This document shows positions 9,432-18,745 of a stretch of 64,000 bases of DNA, one piece after another. Source of the stretch: Synechococcus sp. (GTDB lineage Bacteria; Cyanobacteriota; Cyanobacteriia; PCC-6307; Cyanobiaceae); assembly GCA_047284725.1 (NCBI GenBank), contig JBJBEO010000001.1:1528203-1592202 (forward strand). Direction: 5' to 3'. Position 1 is the first letter of the stretch, and the number at the start of each line of letters is the position of its first letter. The notes below the pieces were generated by a model. It ran no database searches. It was not told where the DNA came from and worked only from the letters and a program-made list of their open reading frames with translations. The position numbers and the translations under genes were made by a program.

Positions 9432-9650
9432 GTGCCGCAGGACGCCTTCCGATACGAACCCCTGGAAGCCTTTGGGGAAGGGCTCACGACCCGGCGCCCC
9501 TGGAACACGGGATCCCTGCGCTTCGTCGAACAATTGAACGGACGCGTGGCGATGCTCGGCTTCACGGCTGCAGTGGTGGGAGAACTCACCACCGGCGATG
9601 GTCCTGCTGGTCAGGTCATGGACCTGGTCCGCTGGTATCTATCGCTCTGA
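9432..9650 (+). CDS. hli: High-light-inducible / chlorophyll a/b-binding domain protein
   Basis: EQLNGRVAMLGF..AVVGELTTG LHC motif; start GTG 9432 or ATG 9399. Confidence 0.8.
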   Translation: MPQDAFRYEPLEAFGEGLTTRRPWNTGSLRFVEQLNGRVAMLGFTAAVVGELTTGDGPAGQVMDLVRWYLSL

Positions 9651-9664
9651 AGCTGTCGCCGAGG

Positions 9665-10924
9665 TCAGTCCTGCAGAAAAGGCCTTGGGTCTTGATCAAA
9701 GCGGTGGTCCACAGGCAGAACGTCCGGCTGATCCGGCCCATCCAGAGCGGCTGTCTGTTCCAGAGCCTGTCGAAAGGCACGACCACTCAGGAGAGGCATG
9801 TCGCGTGGAACGGAGATGCGATCCCGCAAGTAGCGAAGCCCCAGGGCGGATCCAGCCTCAGGTTGCACGGCTCGACCCTGAAGCATCAAGGTGAGCGCCG
9901 CCCGCAGAGGCTGATCCAACCCATCACGTAGAGGATTGCGCGCCATCAGGACTGAGCGATGTCGCAGCACTGGATCGAGGGCACGCAAAGGGACATCAAC
10001 CCTTTCAGCCTCCAGCCGCCTATCAGCGGTCACCCCATGCAGCTCTGAGCGTCCCAGACCTTCGCCACGGTCGATCAGCTCAGCAAACCGACGCTGCAGC
10101 TCAGAACCATTGGGCCAGCAGCCACCCATCTGCGGTGGCAGATCGTGGGCATGGGTATGGAAATCACTTTGCGTCCCCCGGTAAGTGGGCAGCTGCTCCA
10201 GAGCGATGAACCAACGATCGATCTCTGGGTGCTCCTGGCGCAGCAGAAAACCCTTGAAATACGCCAACGAGGCATTCATCCGCTCGACGTAGGGCACAAA
10301 CACCAAATCAGCACAACCAGGGGCTTGGGCCCAAGCACCCTTCGGGTCCAGCCAGGTCCCACCACCTGCCAGCAAAGCCTCTTCCATGCGACGGGCCACT
10401 GCCTGAAACTGCTGCTGTGCCTGGTGCTCCTGCCGTTCGTTGAGACCTGGCGTGCATAACCACACGCACCAGGCCCGAAACAGCAGTCGCTCCAGCTGAC
10501 GCAGCTGACGCACATGCGGATCAAGCATCGAAGTGCCCAGCGGGCCAAATGCCCGCTCCAGGGCCAGGAGGATCTCATCGCTCTCAGTGATCAAGCGGCC
10601 ATCCAGCTCCAGAGCCGGCAACATCCCCGAAGGAACCTTGGCCGTGAACCAAGGCTCCTTCGGGCCGTAACAGCGCATCGTCACCTTGCGGATGCGATAA
10701 GGCACGCGCCGGAACTCCAGCCATAACCACACCTTCTGGCAGTAGGGGCACCATGCGTGGTGATCGCGGTACAGCGTGACGCGAACCGCTGCATCGGATT
10801 GGCCAAACAGACGCAGCTGGGCCTGGGCATTCGCAGGACCATTGACGCGGTCCTGCGGTGCAGGGGCCATCGCCTCCAGCGCCTCCCAACTCAGGGCCTG
10901 ATCAAGACCGGAGGAGGCAGCCAT
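9665..10924 (-). CDS. Glutathione S-transferase family protein
   Basis: WCPYCQKVW, VPSGMLPALELDG..ITESD. Confidence 0.85.
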   Translation of the reverse strand: MAASSGLDQALSWEALEAMAPAPQDRVNGPANAQAQLRLFGQSDAAVRVTLYRDHHAWCPYCQKVWLWLEFRRVPYRIRKVTMRCYGPKEPWFTAKVPSGMLPALELDGRLITESDEILLALERAFGPLGTSMLDPHVRQLRQLERLLFRAWCVWLCTPGLNERQEHQAQQQFQAVARRMEEALLAGGGTWLDPKGAWAQAPGCADLVFVPYVERMNASLAYFKGFLLRQEHPEIDRWFIALEQLPTYRGTQSDFHTHAHDLPPQMGGCWPNGSELQRRFAELIDRGEGLGRSELHGVTADRRLEAERVDVPLRALDPVLRHRSVLMARNPLRDGLDQPLRAALTLMLQGRAVQPEAGSALGLRYLRDRISVPRDMPLLSGRAFRQALEQTAALDGPDQPDVLPVDHRFDQDPRPFLQD

Positions 10925-11152
10925 GCGAGAAAAGCCATGCAGGGCTGCCCATGATGACGCCTCCGCATCCAGCACGAAGCGGCCTCTGAGCTCGGACCGC
11001 CTCAGCCAGGACCACAGCACAACGATTGACACAGATGTACTAGTTGACTAGAACAGGCGTACCAGCAGCAGGCCCATGGCGCCCAGCTCCCCTTACGCCC
11101 CGTTTCAAGCCGAGGAGTGGATGCGCACCGCTGCCATCACCCCCCGTAAGCG

Positions 11153-11401
11153 ATGCCAAAGCACGGTTGGATCCAGGATCCCCGCACGAGCGAAACCAAA
11201 CGCTTCCACGCCGACGAAAAAAGCTGGTCCCGTGACCCCCGTGTGTTTGTGGATTCAGGGAGACCTATTCCAGGGGAAGCTCCCCTGCTGAAGACAAGGG
11301 TGCACCTGCGGAGGGATACCGCCGAATTGCTCTGGAAGGAGTTGTTGCGCGTGGGCTGGCGGACGTGTTCACCCCAATGGGGAAGCGACAGCGAACTCTG
11401 A
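11153..11401 (+). CDS. DUF1651-family protein
   Basis: GWIQDP....KRFH.D....VFVDSG....PLLKTR..L....A..LW..L...GW. Confidence 0.7.
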   Translation: MPKHGWIQDPRTSETKRFHADEKSWSRDPRVFVDSGRPIPGEAPLLKTRVHLRRDTAELLWKELLRVGWRTCSPQWGSDSEL

Positions 11402-11415
11402 GACAGGCTGCGACC

Positions 11416-11688
11416 TCAACCGAAGTGATAGTGCTTCTTGACGGGCTTGGTCACCGTCCAGGTGCAGTCGAGCCCGGCAGAGAACTCCACCAAGTCACCA
11501 GCGACAAGCTCGACAGGTTGGCCATGCTTGGGGATCACCGTCACCTCACCTTCCAACAAGAGGCAGATTTCCTTTTGGTCGTAATGCCAGGAGAACGTGC
11601 TCACCTCACAGGCCCATACAGGCCAATCACGGACACCCAAGGCAATGATCACACTCTCCGGGCATGGGGAGGTCACCTTGATTGCCAC
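11416..11688 (-). CDS. Cupin domain protein (DUF861-like)
   Basis: WPVWACEVSTFSWHYDQKEICLLLEGEVTV..GDLVEF..G..CTW. Confidence 0.85.
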   Translation of the reverse strand: MAIKVTSPCPESVIIALGVRDWPVWACEVSTFSWHYDQKEICLLLEGEVTVIPKHGQPVELVAGDLVEFSAGLDCTWTVTKPVKKHYHFG

Positions 11689-11708
11689 GTCACCACACCT
11701 GCGATGGA

Positions 11709-13019
11709 TCAGGTCCCATCATTGCGCGGCGCTTGGCCATCACCGGCAGTCAAACCGCGCTGCCACTGCCCCACTTGACGAAGTGCAAGCCCGCACACCA
11801 GCCCCAACAGCAGGCCGACAACACTGAGTGGTCCGAGCTGACCAACGCCCACCATGACGGCCGAGACCCACACACCGGCCCACAGCCACGGACGAAGCCC
11901 CCGCAGGCGCTTCAGGGCCTTGGAACAACTGCGGCAGTGGCGGGTGTGGCTCTGATAACGATCCATCAAGGCTTCCAGGTTCTGCCGGGGAGGCAGAGGT
12001 GTGCCCGCGAACGGTTCGCCGCCGTGGTCACGGATCCAGCGATGCAAGGCCGCCACATACAGATCAGCAGGACAGGGAAGGAAGAACGAACGCTCAATGG
12101 AGCCGGTGCCACCAGCCGCCTCCAGCACCCTTTCCTGCCAGTGAAGAAACACCTGATCGTCTTCGAGCACCTTGTGGTTGCCGATGTGCTGAAGCCAGCG
12201 CGGCCTCAACCCGAGCAACAGCTTCGGCGCAGGTGACTGGAACTGAAAGGGGAAGCGAGCGAAGAGGCGGCATTCCCCCCGGCGAATCGGCACTGCGTAA
12301 ACCACGGTGAGGATGCGCGCGAATCCCTTGGCTGTGAGGTCATGCCACATCAACTGAGGCGCACGAAAGCACGTGAACTGCGCCCCCAGAGCACCGCGCC
12401 GCGGGCCTTCTTCCCAGATCGCTTCAAAACCGCTGGGGCCTTCACGGCTGATCTCTGGTCGCACCGGGCCGGCATTGGTCCTGCGTCCCACGGTGCGGTG
12501 GTGCGTGAATGGCACATGACTCACGTCCAAGACATTTTCCAGCAACGTCAGGGCGTCCATGGGTAGGTCGCGGAACGTGTCCTGCACGGTCCAGCTGGAC
12601 GGCGCCTCATCCAGACATGGAATCAGGGGCAGAGCGGTGCGATCAGCACGGGAAGGGTCGCCCGTCCAGACAAACAGGAGCCCCTGCGCAGTCGCCGTGG
12701 GTAAGGAATTGCATCGCGCTCGTCCACTGTCAGAACGCACCCCCTCCTCAGCCTGGGGGATGCGCTGGCAGCGCCCATCTCCATCAAAACTCCAGCCGTG
12801 ATAAGGGCACTCGAGCCGTCCATCCTGATTGATTCGCCCTTCGCTGAGAGGCACCAGCCGATGGGGACAAACGTCGGGGAACGCACGCCATTGATCCCCT
12901 TGACGATCCCACCAAAACACCAGATCCCGCTCCAGCAGGGTGAAGCGACTCGGTTTGGACGGATCCAGATCACCCAGATAGGCCACAGGCCACCACTGTT
13001 CAGTCCAGATGGGATGCAT
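11709..13019 (-). CDS. Rieske 2Fe-2S oxygenase, pheophorbide a oxygenase-like
   Basis: CPHR...CPYHGW Rieske motif; ENVLDVSHVPFTH iron site; C-terminal HTRHCRSC. Confidence 0.9.
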   Translation of the reverse strand: MHPIWTEQWWPVAYLGDLDPSKPSRFTLLERDLVFWWDRQGDQWRAFPDVCPHRLVPLSEGRINQDGRLECPYHGWSFDGDGRCQRIPQAEEGVRSDSGRARCNSLPTATAQGLLFVWTGDPSRADRTALPLIPCLDEAPSSWTVQDTFRDLPMDALTLLENVLDVSHVPFTHHRTVGRRTNAGPVRPEISREGPSGFEAIWEEGPRRGALGAQFTCFRAPQLMWHDLTAKGFARILTVVYAVPIRRGECRLFARFPFQFQSPAPKLLLGLRPRWLQHIGNHKVLEDDQVFLHWQERVLEAAGGTGSIERSFFLPCPADLYVAALHRWIRDHGGEPFAGTPLPPRQNLEALMDRYQSHTRHCRSCSKALKRLRGLRPWLWAGVWVSAVMVGVGQLGPLSVVGLLLGLVCGLALRQVGQWQRGLTAGDGQAPRNDGT

Positions 13020-13072
13020 GGGGCCTCAGGAAGAAGAGCCATGATCGCTTCCACTGCGTTGCATCTGTGGTG

Positions 13073-13567
13073 ATGAACCAACCCGATGGGTCGAGCCTGA
13101 GGGCACTGGAGCGTCAGGTGCGTCCAAACGGGACAGGCCTTGAGGCCTCAACCCTGCAGGGATGCTGGCGTCTTCAGACGGTATGGGCCAAAGGGGCTTC
13201 AGCCTCATCACCGCTGAGCAGCTGGGCACTGCAGGGCATGCAGGCAAGGCTTGAGCTGAGGCACCGCCATGGCCAGGAGCTCCAGGTGAGCAATGCCGTC
13301 AACCTGGGTCCACTGGAACTGCGTTTCACGGGAGAGGGACATCTGAGAGGAAAGCGCCCCCTGTTGATGTTCAGCTTCCAGACCATGACGGTCAACGCCT
13401 GGGGCCATTCTCTGATGGAACGAACGCTTCCATCGCCAGCGCCCCAGCGCTGGCCCTTCTTTGCCCTCATCGCCCGCAGCCCTGAGGGGTGGCTGGCGGC
13501 GAGGGGCCGGGGCGGTGGGCTAGCGCTATGGCGGCTCGACCAATCACCAGAGGCGGATGAAGAATGA
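13073..13567 (+). CDS. Conserved hypothetical protein (PAP/fibrillin-like)
   Basis: LQGCWRL..VW and ARGRGGGLALW motifs. Confidence 0.6.
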   Translation: MNQPDGSSLRALERQVRPNGTGLEASTLQGCWRLQTVWAKGASASSPLSSWALQGMQARLELRHRHGQELQVSNAVNLGPLELRFTGEGHLRGKRPLLMFSFQTMTVNAWGHSLMERTLPSPAPQRWPFFALIARSPEGWLAARGRGGGLALWRLDQSPEADEE

Positions 13568-14531
13568 CCCCAAGACACGAATGCCTTCCATCCCGATGCC
13601 AATCGACGAAGGGCCATTCGGATCGCCACCCAAAACTCGCCGTCGTGACTACGGCTATGTGCTGGGCCAGACCCTTTGGCGCATGCGCTTCGATCTCATG
13701 CTGCTGAGCGGCCTCTGCGCTCTGGTGATCAACGACCTCGTTCCAGAGGAGGAATGGCTTCACAGCGCCATGGTGGTGCGCATCCTCGGCATCGCTGTCG
13801 CCATTTTCATCGGCTTTCGCAATACCCAAGCCATCGGCCGCTGGTGGGAAGCGCGCAAGCTTTGGGGCTCGGTGGTGAACCAGAGCCGCAACTGGCATGA
13901 CAACATCATTTCCCTGCTGAACGCTCAGCAACTGAAAAGCCGGCGGGGCCAACGCCTTGTGGCTTTGCAGGTCGCGATGGTGTGGCAGCTCAATTTCCAA
14001 CTCCGCAACCGCTGGCATCGCGATCTACGGCAACTTCAGGATCAGCTGCTGATCAGCCTCAAGGTTCCAACAACAACAGACCTGCGAGGACTGGGGCGTG
14101 CACGGGCCCAGGCCGTTCAGGCGCTGCATCAAGACGCCTGGATTGAGGCAGAAGGGAGGCGGCAGCTGATGACAGTGACCGATGCCTTCAACGATGCTGT
14201 CGGCGGTCTTGAGCGCATTCGCAACACCCCTCTTCCAGCGTCCTATGACGTCTTCGTTCGCTTGATCAACTGGGTGTTCGGCTGGGCACTGCTGGAGGAA
14301 TTTCACCGGCAGAACGTTGGGCCCGGCATCGCCATGGGTGCTCTCATTTTTCTCTGCTTCCTCACCGCCGAACGCATCGGTGCCTACGTGGAAGGTCCCT
14401 TTGATGCCGATGGAAGCAGTTTCTCTCTGCCCCTGAACGCCATCTGTCTCACCATCAGCAGGAATCTGATGGGTGAGCAGTTCGAACATCTGCTGCATCA
14501 CGACAGCAATGACCCTGTGCGCTGGACCTAG
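13557..14531 (+). CDS. Bestrophin-family ion channel
   Basis: GFRNTQAIGRWWEARKLWG, ERIRNTPLP..Y, EGPF. Confidence 0.85.
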   Translation: MKNDPKTRMPSIPMPIDEGPFGSPPKTRRRDYGYVLGQTLWRMRFDLMLLSGLCALVINDLVPEEEWLHSAMVVRILGIAVAIFIGFRNTQAIGRWWEARKLWGSVVNQSRNWHDNIISLLNAQQLKSRRGQRLVALQVAMVWQLNFQLRNRWHRDLRQLQDQLLISLKVPTTTDLRGLGRARAQAVQALHQDAWIEAEGRRQLMTVTDAFNDAVGGLERIRNTPLPASYDVFVRLINWVFGWALLEEFHRQNVGPGIAMGALIFLCFLTAERIGAYVEGPFDADGSSFSLPLNAICLTISRNLMGEQFEHLLHHDSNDPVRWT

Positions 14532-14562
14532 GCGAGGTCGCCTGCGTCAGCCTTCAGCGGGA

Positions 14563-15258
14563 TCAGTCCTGGCCAGGGGTGAGAAACGGCTCAAGGAACT
14601 GGAGGGGATTGGCCATGGATGCCGAGAAGCCCAGGATGCCGGGATCGCGATGCTCGTAAAGCATGGAATCATCGGCATCCAGCAGAAACGTGGCGCCCCT
14701 TTGGGTGATGTAGTCATCGCAAGGCACATACGTGCGCCATCGTCCGAGCACCTCCACCATGTTCTGCAGACGCACGCTTGCAAGCTCAAACGGTCTCTGG
14801 AAGCCTTCTCCCCCAGCCCAACGAAACAGAGGCGTCGTCAAGCGCTGCGGGGCCGAACGATCTCCGGTGTAACCACGCAACACTTCGGCCAGGGTGCCAG
14901 GGGAACCGATGCCGGCACACATCAAGAGCAAATTGGGCCAGGGGCCACCTGGCACCTGAAGCCCCTGATACAACCCCAAAGCGGTATGCAAGCGGTTGTC
15001 GGCTTCCACCTGCAGGCATGTCCGAGGAAAACCGGTGAAGGCACAGAAGCGATCGGCACTGGATCCATCACCGATACCAACCGCCAGGAGGCGTATGCCC
15101 GCCATCTGAATCCGTGGCAAGGCCGCCACCAGAGCCTGGGCGTATTCGAGGGAATCGAAGTCACCAAGCTGACTCCAAAGCAGCACCAACCGGCGTGCAC
15201 CCGTCGCCATCCCGTCCGCGCCCTCCAACCTTTGCAGCAGTGCCTGGGGTGCCTTCAT
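14563..15258 (-). CDS. AhpC/TSA peroxiredoxin-like protein
   Basis: SQLGDFDSLEYA and TQRGATFLLD motifs. Confidence 0.75.
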   Translation of the reverse strand: MKAPQALLQRLEGADGMATGARRLVLLWSQLGDFDSLEYAQALVAALPRIQMAGIRLLAVGIGDGSSADRFCAFTGFPRTCLQVEADNRLHTALGLYQGLQVPGGPWPNLLLMCAGIGSPGTLAEVLRGYTGDRSAPQRLTTPLFRWAGGEGFQRPFELASVRLQNMVEVLGRWRTYVPCDDYITQRGATFLLDADDSMLYEHRDPGILGFSASMANPLQFLEPFLTPGQD

Positions 15259-15282
15259 CTCTCGTCAGCGTGAACTCCAGGC

Positions 15283-15747
15283 ATGATCGCCAAATCCCCT
15301 GCTGCAGCGCTGGCCATGACCTCCCTGATTGCCCTGACCCTCCCCTGGGTGCTCGGCCTGTTCCATCTGGTGGGCCCCGTACCGCTCGACCTCGGCCTTC
15401 AGGGTTCGCAGCTCCGCCCCTGCACCAGCCCAGCCCACTGCGCCGAGCGTGTTTGGAGCGTTAAGGACACCGCCATCGCCATGGACGTCCTCAAGCAGGC
15501 TCTCCTCGTCAGCCCACGCACCACCGTGATCACCGACGACCCCGAGCAGAGCTACCTGCATGCCACCGCCAGCACACCGCTGATGGGGTTTGTGGATGAT
15601 GTCGAGCTCCATGTCGATCAAACCAACAGCAGAATCGAAGCCCGTTCGGAATCACGGTTGGGGGAGTCGGATCTCGGCGTGAATGGTCAACGACTCAATT
15701 CGCTTGAACGGGCCCTGAAGGATGCACGCATGCCTGCTAAGCCATAA
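15283..15747 (+). CDS. DUF1499-family protein
   Basis: PC.SPAHC, GFVDDVEL, RSESRLGESDLGVN. Confidence 0.85.
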   Translation: MIAKSPAAALAMTSLIALTLPWVLGLFHLVGPVPLDLGLQGSQLRPCTSPAHCAERVWSVKDTAIAMDVLKQALLVSPRTTVITDDPEQSYLHATASTPLMGFVDDVELHVDQTNSRIEARSESRLGESDLGVNGQRLNSLERALKDARMPAKP

Positions 15748-15831
15748 ACAAGACGGGTGGCCGCCCACGGCTGCAGGCGTCTCGAGCCAACCAGCTCAGC
15801 CCGATGACTCCTCAAGGCAATGAATCGTGCA

Positions 15832-16500
15832 TCACCATGAGGCGAGAGCCTGGTCCAGACTGACCTGGGGCTGATCGGCACGGCTGGTGATTTCAATCAC
15901 GTGGCCGATGGAAGCCGGCGTATGCAATGCGTCAACACAACAACGGGCCACCAGCCTGCGGGGAATGGAATCACTCTCCTGCTGGTCAGCCTGGGAATAG
16001 ACAATGCCCTCGGCATCGCCCCCTTCTTCCCGTTCGGACAATCCACCAGGTCGAATCACCGTCCAATCCAGACCGCTGGTTTCAAGCGCTTGTTCTCCAA
16101 TCCGCTTCCACACCAGGATCAAACCAAACAGATTGAGAGGATGGCGCCACCTCCCTGAGCACAGGGAACTGACCAAGACCACACGGCGGACACCCACGCG
16201 CAGACAACTCTGCACCTGGCGTTGCACCCCCCAGGCATCCACCCGCATCGGCCCAGTGAGATCGATCGATGGTCTGGCACCCGTGGCGATCACCAGAGCA
16301 TCAACGCCCCGCAACGCTGCATCCAAAGCAGGAGAATCACCAAGGTCAAGACGGCGCTGGTCAGCGCCATTGAGTGACTCGGGAATCTGGGATTGAGCCC
16401 GGAGCAGCAAACGGGCTGTGTCCCCCCTGCGCTGCACCTCCTCAGCGATCCGAAACCCTGTCTTGCCGGATGCGCCACTGATCGCAACGGTGAAGCCCAT
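15832..16500 (-). CDS. NAD(P)-binding SDR/epimerase-family protein
   Basis: GASGKTG Rossmann motif; SGLDWTVIRPGGL. Confidence 0.85.
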   Translation of the reverse strand: MGFTVAISGASGKTGFRIAEEVQRRGDTARLLLRAQSQIPESLNGADQRRLDLGDSPALDAALRGVDALVIATGARPSIDLTGPMRVDAWGVQRQVQSCLRVGVRRVVLVSSLCSGRWRHPLNLFGLILVWKRIGEQALETSGLDWTVIRPGGLSEREEGGDAEGIVYSQADQQESDSIPRRLVARCCVDALHTPASIGHVIEITSRADQPQVSLDQALASW

Positions 16501-16548
16501 GGTGTGTAGAAGCGGATGCGACGCTAACGGTCACGACGAACAGGCGCC

Positions 16549-16788
16549 ATGGCGTTGAAACCCGCAAAGGCGTGGACCAGCCGTCAACCGGTGGCCGGCT
16601 ACCGCCATTTCCGCCTGGTGCTGCAGGGGGGGAAAGGCAGCCAACGATGGGTGGAGCTGGCCGCCGTGCTCGATGCCGGCACGCGCGCACGCATTGCCTG
16701 GCGCGATCTCCATGACCGCGAGCAGTGGACAAGCGGATGGCAGCGGTTCCCCCCAGATGATGACGGCAGTCTCACCAAGGGTGTGTGA
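16549..16788 (+). CDS. TIGR02450-family Trp-rich protein
   Basis: KAWTS..PVAGYRHF....WVEL.AV.....I.W.DL.D...W.SGW. Confidence 0.75.
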   Translation: MALKPAKAWTSRQPVAGYRHFRLVLQGGKGSQRWVELAAVLDAGTRARIAWRDLHDREQWTSGWQRFPPDDDGSLTKGV

Positions 16789-16846
16789 TGAACATCGGCG
16801 AACCCTGCTTCCGGGTCACCATGAGGTTGCAGGAGCGGCTTGTGTG

Positions 16847-17002
16847 ATGCCACCGATGTTTCAGTGCCTGATCTGCGGGCAGACGATTGAGCGTTCGATG
16901 CGCTCATTCTGGAAGCGTAAAGGCCATCTGCTCTGCTCCACATGCCGGGATCGACTAGACAGTGGCGAGACCAGCCACAATGAGCCCTCGGCTCCGCAAT
17001 GA
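16847..17002 (+). CDS. Small Zn-finger-like protein
   Basis: CLIC...CSTC pair; AGGAG at 16831. Confidence 0.5.
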   Translation: MPPMFQCLICGQTIERSMRSFWKRKGHLLCSTCRDRLDSGETSHNEPSAPQ

Positions 17003-17026
17003 TGCGCGGAATCGCAATTCAGTGCT

Positions 17027-17674
17027 GTGGTCGTGGAGGTGCTGAAGCCAGCTCAACGCTTCAAACTCGACCGTGAAGACGACGCAATCTTTTATCGCGA
17101 TCCCCGCTTTGTGCATCACCTCGATGAGGCGTTTCGCGACCGACTCACCAGGTTGTATCGGGAACGCATTCCGCCCTGCGCCACGGTGCTCGACCTGATG
17201 TCGTCATGGGTGTCCCATCTCCCCGACGACCTTCGCTACGAGAGGGTGATCGGCCATGGCCTCAACGAGCAGGAACTTGCGGCGAATTCCCGGCTTGACA
17301 GCTACTGGATGCAGAACCTGAACCTGGATCAGAGCCTGCCTCTTCCCGACGCCTTTGTGGACGTGACCCTGATCGTGGCGGGCTGGCAGTATCTGCAATA
17401 CCCAGAAGCTGTCGCAGCCGAACTGATGAGGATCACCCGCCCGGCGGGCGAAGTGATCGTCTCCTTTTCCAACCGGATGTTTTTCACCAAGGCACCGCAG
17501 ATCTGGACGGATGGCGACGACCACCAGCATCTCGCTTACGTGAGCGAGGTGCTGGTGGCTCAAGGCTGGCGAAAGCCCGAAACCTTCGTAGAGACGACAC
17601 GCCCCCAAGGCTTGATGGGCCTGCTCGGAACGCAGGGTGACCCCTTTTTTGCAGTGTCAGCCCGAAAACCCTGA
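17027..17674 (+). CDS. Class I SAM-dependent methyltransferase
   Basis: PRFVHHLD, VLDLMSSWVSHLP, SFSNRMF. Confidence 0.85.
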   Translation: MVVEVLKPAQRFKLDREDDAIFYRDPRFVHHLDEAFRDRLTRLYRERIPPCATVLDLMSSWVSHLPDDLRYERVIGHGLNEQELAANSRLDSYWMQNLNLDQSLPLPDAFVDVTLIVAGWQYLQYPEAVAAELMRITRPAGEVIVSFSNRMFFTKAPQIWTDGDDHQHLAYVSEVLVAQGWRKPETFVETTRPQGLMGLLGTQGDPFFAVSARKP

Positions 17675-17951
17675 CGGGCTCACGCTGAGACGCAAAGGAC
17701 TCGCAACAGATTCATTGCGAGGTCAACTCGAAAGAGTTAGACAGGCGAAAAACAATGTCCGAAGAACCGAAGCTACCAAAGATTCATGAACGGACAGCCT
17801 CGCCAATCAAAGCATCCTTTCTTGAAAAATACGTCAATAAAGCCAGACCCTCAATCCAGTCTCACCTAAATCTCACTTACAACAATCGAAGGGGGCAAGG
17901 ACCTGACATTGACACTGACGTGTTAGCCGCCTGATCCCTTACAGAAACACC

Positions 17952-18713
17952 ATGGCAATGGACACCACTTCATTCGAAATTCAGCCAATCATTGACCTGA
18001 ACTCCAGCAGAGTTTGCGGTGGTGAAATTCTTTGGAGACCCTCAGGCTCACCACCCAGCAAAGAAGCCCTCGAAGAGCTTGAAGACGATCCGAAACTGAA
18101 TGTAGACGTAACAAAAAATGCTTTGATTTTAGCGTTGAACACATTAAGCAGAATTCAATCAGATGCATGGCTATCTATCAACTTTCCAACTAAATACATT
18201 GGCAACGGCGCACGGTTTTTTAAATCTGTTTCCAAAGAACTGAACGATTTTGACCTTCTTCGAAGAAAGGTAGGCAAGCGACTTGTCCTGGAATTATCCG
18301 AGAATGACACAGAGTCCATAAGCAACATTGAGCTGTTGGATCAACTCTCAGAAACCCACTCCATCGCCATTGATGATTTTGGAACGGGAACGGCTCCCCT
18401 AACCCACATGTTGAAAGTTGATTTCGACAAAGTTAAAGTTGATCGATCAATCATCAGCGGCTGTGACGTCGACTCTCGAAAGCAACGCTTTCTCAATTGG
18501 CTGATCGGCGGTTGCCATTCGATTGGGGTCAGCGTTTGCACTGAGGGTGTCGAGACCACCTCGGAACTGTCGTTCCTCAAACGCGCAGGAGCGGATACTG
18601 GCCAAGGCTATTTATGGTCCAAGTCAATTGCAGTTGAAGATTTTGAAAATCTGGCTGTTCCAGCTCAAAGTGTCGCCGTTTCTCTCGGACAGGTCATTGG
18701 CATCAATCAGTGA
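17952..18713 (+). CDS. Standalone EAL-domain protein (putative c-di-GMP phosphodiesterase)
   Basis: QPI, EILWR, SIN, LELSE, AIDDFGTG, KVDRS, EGVET, GQGYL; lower GC than flanks. Confidence 0.85.
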   Translation: MAMDTTSFEIQPIIDLNSSRVCGGEILWRPSGSPPSKEALEELEDDPKLNVDVTKNALILALNTLSRIQSDAWLSINFPTKYIGNGARFFKSVSKELNDFDLLRRKVGKRLVLELSENDTESISNIELLDQLSETHSIAIDDFGTGTAPLTHMLKVDFDKVKVDRSIISGCDVDSRKQRFLNWLIGGCHSIGVSVCTEGVETTSELSFLKRAGADTGQGYLWSKSIAVEDFENLAVPAQSVAVSLGQVIGINQ

Positions 18714-18745
18714 TCACAGGAGTGGGAACATCCATTCATTTTCAA

